Notes under the pieces: model-generated
Database searches by the model: none
Seen by the model: only the letters and a program-made list of their open reading frames with translations
What the model was told of the DNA's origin: nothing
Program-made: the position numbers and the translations under genes
Shown here: in pieces, positions 54,416 through 61,108 of the stretch
Numbering within the stretch: the stretch's first letter is position 1
Layout: every line of letters starts with the position of its first letter
DNA from: Minisyncoccota bacterium
Lineage (GTDB): Bacteria; Patescibacteriota; Minisyncoccia; UBA6257; XYB1-36-10
DNA length: 62,266 bases
Direction: 5' to 3'
NCBI GenBank assembly: GCA_041651415.1
Contig: JBAZJH010000004.1
Location: 1-62,266, forward strand

Positions 54416-54454
54416 CCCCTGCCTACCGGCAGGCAGGCTTTGACGGGCTCAGGG
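54416..54454. repeat. CCTGCCTACCGGCAGGCAGG palindrome nested in a CCC...TTTGACGGGCTCAGGG REP-like element in the gap leader
   Basis: Read directly at 54418-54437 and 54438-54454. Confidence 0.7.
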
Positions 54455-54486
54455 AATAAAAGCGGGGGTTGAAGGGAAAAAAATGT

Positions 54487-55503
54487 ATGAAAAAAATTGC
54501 AATAAACGGGTTTGGGAGAATTGGGAGATTGTTTTTGAGACAGATTATAAACGAGTCGGAGATTGAAGTGGCGGCGATAAACGACTTGGGAGAGGCGGAA
54601 AATTTGGCTTATTTATTCAAGCATGATTCGGTTTATAGAAATTGGCCGGAGGAAGTGAAAATGGAAGGCGGAGAGCTTGTTATCGGAGGAAGAAGAATAA
54701 AAATGTTGCAGGAAAAGGAAGCAGAAAAGTTGCCGTGGGGAGAAATGGGAATTGATGCAGTTGTGGAGTCATCCGGAGCTTTTGAAGGATTTCAAAAAGC
54801 GAAAGCGCATTTAACGGCAGGGGCAAAGAGAGTGGTAATAACCGCGCCGGCTAAAGATGAAGAAGGAATAGAAGGAGGAAAAACAATTTTAATGGGAATA
54901 AATGACGGAGAACTGGCAAACTGTGTTTTGTCTTCCAATGGGTCATGTACGACGAACGCGACGGCGCCGGTAGTGAAAATTTTATCGGAGAAAATAGGAA
55001 TAGAAAAAGCGGTTTTAAACACAATTCACGCTTATACGGGAACACAGCTAATCACAGACGGGCCGGTGAAGGGAAAAGATTTTTTAAGAGGCCGAGCGGG
55101 AGCGCAGAATATAATTCCATCAACGACGGGAGCGGCGATAGCGACGACAAGAGTGGTGCCGGAAATGACGGGAAAATTTGACGGGGTGGCAATGAGAGTG
55201 CCGGTTATAACCGGGTCGTCGGCGGACATCACTTTTTTAGCAAAAAGAAAAACAAGCGTGGAAGAAGTGAATCAGATTTTAAGAGAAGCGGCAAAGGAAG
55301 AAAGATGGCAAGGAGTGCTGAAAGTAACCGAAGAGCCGCTTGTCTCGGGAGACATAATCGGAGAACCATTTGCGGCGATTGTGGATTTATCTTTCACAAA
55401 AGTGGTGGATGGAGATTTGGTGAAAGTTTTGTCGTGGTATGACAATGAATGGGGATATGTGGCCACTTTAGCGCAGCATGTGAAAAAGGCGCTAAAGAAG
55501 TAA
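54487..55503 (+). CDS. gap: Glyceraldehyde-3-phosphate dehydrogenase (type I)
   Basis: IAINGFGRIGR, SNGSCTTN (catalytic Cys), NIIPSTTGAA, SWYDNEWGY motifs. ATG at 54487 preferred. Confidence 0.95.
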   Translation: MKKIAINGFGRIGRLFLRQIINESEIEVAAINDLGEAENLAYLFKHDSVYRNWPEEVKMEGGELVIGGRRIKMLQEKEAEKLPWGEMGIDAVVESSGAFEGFQKAKAHLTAGAKRVVITAPAKDEEGIEGGKTILMGINDGELANCVLSSNGSCTTNATAPVVKILSEKIGIEKAVLNTIHAYTGTQLITDGPVKGKDFLRGRAGAQNIIPSTTGAAIATTRVVPEMTGKFDGVAMRVPVITGSSADITFLAKRKTSVEEVNQILREAAKEERWQGVLKVTEEPLVSGDIIGEPFAAIVDLSFTKVVDGDLVKVLSWYDNEWGYVATLAQHVKKALKK

Positions 55504-55567
55504 GTTAAAAGTTTATAAAGTTTATAAAGTTCGTAAAGTTAAAAGTTTATAAAGTTTAAAGTTAAAA
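55501..55567 (+). repeat. AAAGTT-core periodic tract (7-9 nt units) upstream of the four-helix-bundle gene
   Basis: AAAGTTTAT AAAGTTTAT AAAGTTCGT AAAGTTA AAAGTTTAT AAAGTTT AAAGTTA. Confidence 0.85.
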
Positions 55568-55912
55568 GTGAAAGCTGAAAGATTTGAAGATTTAATATTT
55601 TGGAAGAGATCGAAATTTTTAGTAGTGGAAATTTATAGAACTTTTAGAAATGTTAAAGATTTTGGTTTTAGAGACCAGATCCAAAGAGCGGCTGTGTCTG
55701 TAATGAATAATTCAGCAGAAGGTTTTGAAAGAAAAGGAAATAAAGAATTTAAACATTTTCTTTTTATAGCTAAAGGTTCATGTGGAGAGGTGAGGTCTAT
55801 GTTAAATATTGCTTTTGAATTAGGATATATAGATAAGATAAATTTTGAGAAATTAAGTGGTATTTCAGAAGAAATATCAAAAATTATGTCTGGTTTTATA
55901 AAAAAACTTTAA
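55568..55912 (+). CDS. Four helix bundle protein (23S rRNA IVP / bAvd-like family)
   Basis: FEDLIFWKRS, DFGFRDQIQRAAVSVMNNSAEGFER, FLFIAKGSCGEVRSML motifs; GTG start. Confidence 0.9.
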   Translation: MKAERFEDLIFWKRSKFLVVEIYRTFRNVKDFGFRDQIQRAAVSVMNNSAEGFERKGNKEFKHFLFIAKGSCGEVRSMLNIAFELGYIDKINFEKLSGISEEISKIMSGFIKKL

Positions 55913-55940
55913 GAACTTTTAACTTTATAACTTTTTACTA
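55905..55940 (-). repeat. Inverted AACTTT-core tract downstream of the four-helix-bundle gene
   Basis: AACTTT AAG AACTTTT AACTTTAT AACTTTTT is the reverse complement of the upstream tract type. Confidence 0.75.
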
Positions 55941-55944
55941 TTGT

Positions 55945-56403
55945 ATGTTGATTTATATAGCAGCAGACCATAAAGGATTCAGATTAAAAAACGAACTGAT
56001 CGGATTTTTAAAGCAGCAAGGATATGACCCGAAAGATTTTGGAAACAAGAATTATGAAGAGGGAGACGATTATCCGGATTTTGCGGAGGAGCTTGCAAAA
56101 GAAATAAAACTGGCGTCAGCGGCGGGAGAAGCGAGAGGAATTTTGATTTGCGGTTCGGGAGCGGGAATGAATATCGCGGCGAATAAATTTGAAGGAGTGA
56201 GAGCAACAATCGGATTTTCCACAGACCAAATTTTTGACGCGAGACAGGAGGACGACGTGAATGTGCTGGTTTTAGCGGCTAGTTTTCTTGATGAAAATGC
56301 GGCGATGGAGATTTTGAAGGTTTTTTTAAAAACGCCTTTTTCCGGAGAAGAAAGGCATAAAAGAAGAATTGAGAAAATAAAAAGAATTGAGCTACAAAAA
56401 TAG
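55945..56403 (+). CDS. rpiB: Ribose-5-phosphate isomerase B
   Basis: IAADHKG, DDYPD, GILICGSGAGMNIAANK, GEERHKRRI motifs. Confidence 0.92.
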   Translation: MLIYIAADHKGFRLKNELIGFLKQQGYDPKDFGNKNYEEGDDYPDFAEELAKEIKLASAAGEARGILICGSGAGMNIAANKFEGVRATIGFSTDQIFDARQEDDVNVLVLAASFLDENAAMEILKVFLKTPFSGEERHKRRIEKIKRIELQK

Positions 56404-56470
56404 TTAAAAAGCTCATAAAGTTCGTAAAGTTAATAAAGTTTTTAAAGTTAAAAGTTTATAGAGTTCATAA
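56403..56470 (+). repeat. Second AAAGTT-core tract between rpiB and rpe, no gene enclosed
   Basis: AAAGCTCAT AAAGTTCGT AAAGTTAAT AAAGTTTTT AAAGTTA AAAGTTTAT AGAGTTCAT. Confidence 0.8.
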
Positions 56471-56472
56471 TT

Positions 56473-57105
56473 ATGGAGGTAATACCAAGTATAAATGAAG
56501 AAAATTTTGAGGAAATAAAAAGGAAACTTGAGATTGTCGAAAAAATCGGAGCGGAGTGGACGCAAATTGATTTTTCTGACGGAACATTCGGGGAAAGAAA
56601 AATTTTTTTAAGCCCGGAAGATTTAAAAGAAATTTCCGATAAAGTAAAAATTGAAATGGACTTTATGGCGCAGGAGCCGGAAGAAAAAATTTTGCCGTGG
56701 CTTCTTGCGGGGAAAATAAAGAGAGCAATTTTTCATTTGGAAACTTTAAGCGATATTAAAACAATAAAGAAAATCTGTTTGGAAAACGGAATAGAGCCGG
56801 GAATTTCCATTTTGTTTTCAACCGGAAAAGAAATGATTTTTCCTTTTTTGAAAGAGTTTGATTTTTTCCAAGTGCTCTCGGTGCCGCCCGGATTCTCCGG
56901 ACAAGATTTTAAAGAAGAAACAATCGAGAAGATAAAGTTTTTGCGAGAGAACTTGCCAGATGCTAAAATAGAAGTGGACGGAGGAATAAATGAAAAAACG
57001 GCGAGAAGCGCAAAAGAAGCGGGAGCGAATGTTCTCGTATCATCATCTTTTATCTTTAACGACCCGGACCCGTTTTCCGCTTATAAAAAACTTTTAGAAA
57101 TTTAA
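56473..57105 (+). CDS. rpe: Ribulose-phosphate 3-epimerase family protein (divergent)
   Basis: VIPSI, IDFSDG, PGFSGQDF, IEVDGGIN motifs; adjacent to rpiB and gap. Confidence 0.8.
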   Translation: MEVIPSINEENFEEIKRKLEIVEKIGAEWTQIDFSDGTFGERKIFLSPEDLKEISDKVKIEMDFMAQEPEEKILPWLLAGKIKRAIFHLETLSDIKTIKKICLENGIEPGISILFSTGKEMIFPFLKEFDFFQVLSVPPGFSGQDFKEETIEKIKFLRENLPDAKIEVDGGINEKTARSAKEAGANVLVSSSFIFNDPDPFSAYKKLLEI

Positions 57106-57111
57106 AATCAA

Positions 57112-58320
57112 ATGAAATATCGCTACATCGCTTCAGAAATAAACGGAAAAGTAGCGGAAGGAGAGATTGAGGCGGAAGGACCGGCAGAAGTTTTAGAAAT
57201 GCTTTCCGAGAAAGGGCTTCGGCCGATTTCCGTTAAGCCGGCCAAGAGCTTATCTTTTGCTTCCCGGTCGCTTTTTAGAGGAAGCGTGAACACTTCAGAT
57301 AAAGTTTTTTTAACTAAGTATTTGGCTTTAATGCTGAAAGTGGGAACGGATTTGTTAAAAGCCATCAATATTTTAATAGACGATTTTGACAAGCCGGCAG
57401 TGAAAGATATTCTTCTTGAAGTGAGAAAAACGCTTGAAAAAGGACAGCCGTTTTATTCCACATTTGCCAAGCATAAAAATTCTTTTTCACCGGTTTTTGT
57501 GAGTTTAATAAGAGCGGGAGAAACATCGGGAAATTTGGAAAAAGTTTTTGAGGATTTGTCGATTTCACTTGAGAAAGAGCAGGTTTTAAAAAATAAAATA
57601 AGATCAGCAATGGTTTATCCGCTGCTTTTGCTTGGCATGTCTGTTGTGATGGTGGTTTTTTTGGTAACTTTCGCTTTGCCAAAAATTTCCGGAATGTTTC
57701 AGACGGGAAGTTTTGAGCCGCCTCTTTTTTCAAAAATAGTTTTTTCAATAGGAGGATTTTTGGGGAATTATATGTTTATCTTTTTTCCACTTTTCGCTTT
57801 TTTAGCCGGAGGAGGAATTTATTTTTTTATGAAAACAGGAGTGGGAAGAAGAATTTTTTTCAGAGTCGTAAGTTATATTCCGGTTGTGAGCGGAGTTTTA
57901 AAAAAGATAGCTTTACAGAGGTTTGCCACGACGCTGTCGTCTTTAATGAGGTCGGGACTACCGATACTTGACGCGATTGAAATAACAGCGGAAGCGGTCG
58001 GGAATGAAGAAATAAAAGCAAGTTTGATGAGAATTTCAAGAGAGGGGATTTCAAAAGGATTAACACTAGGAGACGCTTTTAAAAGAGAAAGAGATTTTCC
58101 AAAAGTAGTGAGTAATCTAGTTGCGGTTTCAGAAAAGGCGGGGCATGTGGAAGACGTGCTTGATACTTTGGCAAATTTCTATGAGACAGAAATAGATGTT
58201 TCAGTAAAAGCGCTAGTGTCTTTCGTAGAGCCAATGATGCTTTTATTTTTGGGACTGATAATCGGGGGTATTGCGCTTGCGGTTATTATCCCGGTTTATC
58301 AATTAGTCGGACAATTTTAA
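57112..58320 (+). CDS. pilC: Type IV pilus / T2SS inner membrane platform protein (PilC/GspF)
   Basis: Two T2SSF repeats: LIRAGETSGNL, IRSAMVYP, SGLPILDAI, VSEKAGHVE, EPMMLL. Confidence 0.92.
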   Translation: MKYRYIASEINGKVAEGEIEAEGPAEVLEMLSEKGLRPISVKPAKSLSFASRSLFRGSVNTSDKVFLTKYLALMLKVGTDLLKAINILIDDFDKPAVKDILLEVRKTLEKGQPFYSTFAKHKNSFSPVFVSLIRAGETSGNLEKVFEDLSISLEKEQVLKNKIRSAMVYPLLLLGMSVVMVVFLVTFALPKISGMFQTGSFEPPLFSKIVFSIGGFLGNYMFIFFPLFAFLAGGGIYFFMKTGVGRRIFFRVVSYIPVVSGVLKKIALQRFATTLSSLMRSGLPILDAIEITAEAVGNEEIKASLMRISREGISKGLTLGDAFKRERDFPKVVSNLVAVSEKAGHVEDVLDTLANFYETEIDVSVKALVSFVEPMMLLFLGLIIGGIALAVIIPVYQLVGQF

Positions 58321-58329
58321 TTAAAAAAA

Positions 58330-59490
58330 ATGAAAAAAGGGAAAAATTTTATAAAGAAAGTTTTGAGGAAAGAAAATGGGTTTACAATGATGGAGATGAT
58401 TATTTCAATCGGGGTTTTGACGCTTTTGTCAGTGGTTGGGACAACAGGAATGATGTCAGTTAGAACAAAAAAAATTCTTGATGGAGAAGCGGATATGATT
58501 CTTACAACTATAAGAGAAACGCAGGATAAAGCCTTAAAGCAAGAAAGGTCAAATGCTTGGGGAATAAAATTTTTTAATGCGACGAGCGGAGATGATTATT
58601 ATGTCCAGTATTACGGAACAAGTTTTGCAACCGGAACGCAAAAATCAATTTTCTATCTTCCGAAAACGGTAAAATTTTTATATCCAACCGAGGGAAACAG
58701 CACAGAGATGATAGTGACAAAAGCGACGGGAGTGCCGTCCGCGGAAAATTATGTGGATATAGGGTCAACAGGGGTGGAGGGGAGCTATAGAATAAGATTA
58801 GACCCGAGAGGCAAGGCGGAAAAAATAAAAAACGGATATGGACTCTTGGCTTATTACAAATTTGATGACCCGGCATCGGTAGTTTCGGCGTTTGATTCCA
58901 GCGGAAAATATGTAAATGCCACAATATCAGGAGCGACATCGGGAGTGGCGGGAAAAATCCAAAGAGCTTTGTCTTTTAACGGAACGAGCAATTATGCGCG
59001 AGCGAGCGGATTCACTGACCTTGGAACAAGCAATCAAGCATATACTTTTATGGGTTGGGTGAAACTGGGGACAGGAGAAACAGATGGAAATATAATTCAT
59101 ATGTCGAGCGTGATTGGCGGAACAGGATGGTGTATACCGCCGGTAGCAATAGCTGGTGGAAAAATAAGAGGATATAGCTATAACAGCGGGGCAGTTTCAG
59201 TAACCGGAACGACAACTTTAACACCTGGAATTTGGTATCATTTTGCCAATACTTGGAGTGCAACAAACGGACTCCGTATTTATTTAAATGGAAAATTGGA
59301 AGCATCAACGGCGCAAGCAAATTATACGGCAAGTGGAGCGAGTAATTTTATATTTTTTGGTTTAGATCCTTCCAGCTGTTCTGGAAATGTGGGGTGGTTT
59401 TCTGGGTTAATCGATGAGGTGAGAATTTATAATAGGGCACTTTCCGAAAAAGAAATAAAAGATTTATATAAAGAAACAGAGGAGATGTAG
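58330..59490 (+). CDS. Prepilin-type protein with C-terminal LamG/concanavalin A-like domain
   Basis: Class III signal G|FTMMEMII; LLAYYKFD, ALSFNG, WYHFA, YLNG, GLIDEVRIYNRALS motifs. Confidence 0.85.
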   Translation: MKKGKNFIKKVLRKENGFTMMEMIISIGVLTLLSVVGTTGMMSVRTKKILDGEADMILTTIRETQDKALKQERSNAWGIKFFNATSGDDYYVQYYGTSFATGTQKSIFYLPKTVKFLYPTEGNSTEMIVTKATGVPSAENYVDIGSTGVEGSYRIRLDPRGKAEKIKNGYGLLAYYKFDDPASVVSAFDSSGKYVNATISGATSGVAGKIQRALSFNGTSNYARASGFTDLGTSNQAYTFMGWVKLGTGETDGNIIHMSSVIGGTGWCIPPVAIAGGKIRGYSYNSGAVSVTGTTTLTPGIWYHFANTWSATNGLRIYLNGKLEASTAQANYTASGASNFIFFGLDPSSCSGNVGWFSGLIDEVRIYNRALSEKEIKDLYKETEEM

Positions 59491-59507
59491 TATAATTAAA
59501 ATAAGTT

Positions 59508-59556
59508 CAGTAAATAGTAACTAGTGACTAGAAAATAGAGATTGGTTATTAGATAT
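59508..59556. repeat. 7-nt periodic tract (TAGTAAC TAGTGAC TAGAAAA TAGAGAT TGGTTAT TAGATAT)
   Basis: Seven in-register heptamers between the two pilin-like genes. Confidence 0.75.
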
Positions 59557-59574
59557 TTATCAATTTGAAAAAAA

Positions 59575-60270
59575 GTGTCTAATAAAATGAAAGGGAAAAT
59601 AATAAAAAATATAAAAGATAGATTTGTTTCAATTAAAATTATAGCGAATAAATTTTTATCAAGGCGGAGCGGACAGGCCTTGATGGAACTTTTAGTCGGA
59701 GTGGGAGTGGGGGCGATAATTCTCGGTTCAACAGTCGGTATAGCGAGAGTTTCAGTGCGTTCTAATTCAGATATAAGAAAAATGAAAGCCGCGACTTTTT
59801 TGGCGAAAGAGTTAGAGGTGGATCTGGAAGTTTTTTCCGACGCAAATTGGAGCGGGTTCTATGGCTTAACGAAAGGGGCGAGTAATCATTATTATATGAT
59901 AACAACTTCATCTCCTTTTACTTCTGCTTCAGGAGAAGAAACAATAACACAAGACGGAGTTAATTATACCAGATATTTTTATGTAGAAAATGTTTATCGC
60001 TCGGATTCTAATGACTCAATTGTAACTTCTGGAGGGTCGCTTGACCCATCAACACAAAAGACGACGATAAAAGTGACTTGGCAGGGAGCAGAGGGGGATG
60101 TGACGTTAGTAAACTACTTTGCGAGATATAGGAACTTTTCTTTTAATCAATCGGATTGGATCGGAGGATATGGAACAGATGGTCCGCTTTCTTTTTCCAG
60201 TAATGTTTTTTCAACTTCAACAACGGTTTCTATCGGAACGGCTGGTGTTTTAAAATTACAGGGGTATTGA
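59575..60270 (+). CDS. Minor pilin-like protein
   Basis: G|QALMELLVGVGVGAIILG prepilin-like segment and YTRYFYVENVYR motif. Start is 59575 (GTG) or 59587 (ATG). Confidence 0.7.
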   Translation: MSNKMKGKIIKNIKDRFVSIKIIANKFLSRRSGQALMELLVGVGVGAIILGSTVGIARVSVRSNSDIRKMKAATFLAKELEVDLEVFSDANWSGFYGLTKGASNHYYMITTSSPFTSASGEETITQDGVNYTRYFYVENVYRSDSNDSIVTSGGSLDPSTQKTTIKVTWQGAEGDVTLVNYFARYRNFSFNQSDWIGGYGTDGPLSFSSNVFSTSTTVSIGTAGVLKLQGY

Positions 60271-60412
60271 TAATAAAAGACTGATTTATAATTAATAATA
60301 TAACTTTAAAAATTTAATATTCAAATTCGAAAAGGAAAATAGTTTTAAACATAAAGGATTTCTATACACAGGTTTTTTATTTATTTTTTTGGTATAATTT
60401 AAAAAAGGTTTA

Positions 60413-61108
60413 ATGAATTTAAAAAACAAAGAAGGTTTTTTTTCTTACAGCAATATAATTTGGATGATAGCGGTGATTGTTGTTTTTTTTGCTTGTGTTT
60501 TTTACTACAATTCCAAAATAAGTGAAATAAAAGAAAGACAGATTGCGGAAAACACGAGCGCGGAAAAAGTGATCAAAGTTTCACAAAAGAACAGCGATCA
60601 AATTTTTGACGATCGAAGCATTATAGAGCCGAATAATGATATTTGGAAAGATGTGGGAGGTTCGCCTTTTAGAAATTTTGAGGAAGTGAAATATGCGGCG
60701 AATGGCAAGACGGTCGGTCTTTATTCCGGAGAAACAAAATTTGATATTTTGTCGGGACTGGTTTGGAGTGCGCCGTCTAATTTTCCCTTAAGCAACCAAT
60801 TTGTCATTAACAAAGAAGGAAAAATTTCAGGAGGAGCGGCGTTGGGGTTTTGCGCGGCATTAAATAAAATAAAATATGCCGGGTTTGATAATTGGAGACT
60901 GCCGACGCAAAAAGAATTAATGCAAGGATATATAGACGGGGCGAGCAGTTCGCTTCTCGACAAGCCATATTATTTTTGGTCAGGAACAGAATTTTTGGGT
61001 GATGCGACAAGGGCGTGGAGAATGAATCTTAGAGCTGGAGATGTTACAAGCAGTTTAAAAAAAGAAGAATTAACAAATAGCGTCATATGCGTAGCCGGAA
61101 CAAGATAA
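60413..61108 (+). CDS. Membrane-anchored DUF1566 / Lcl C-terminal (C-type-lectin-fold) protein
   Basis: N-terminal TM; SGLVWS, FCAAL, NWRLPTQKEL, YFWSGT, AW, VICV motifs. Confidence 0.8.
   Translation: MNLKNKEGFFSYSNIIWMIAVIVVFFACVFYYNSKISEIKERQIAENTSAEKVIKVSQKNSDQIFDDRSIIEPNNDIWKDVGGSPFRNFEEVKYAANGKTVGLYSGETKFDILSGLVWSAPSNFPLSNQFVINKEGKISGGAALGFCAALNKIKYAGFDNWRLPTQKELMQGYIDGASSSLLDKPYYFWSGTEFLGDATRAWRMNLRAGDVTSSLKKEELTNSVICVAGTR

Noticed and set aside
55568-55912. 23S rRNA intervening sequence
   Set aside because: The flanks are gap and rpiB; there is no rRNA sequence anywhere in the window.
60413-61108. Active diversity-generating retroelement targeting the DUF1566 gene
   Set aside because: No reverse transcriptase and no template repeat differing at adenines in the window; the four-helix-bundle gene is 5 kb away in a different context. 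Cannot be excluded outside the window.
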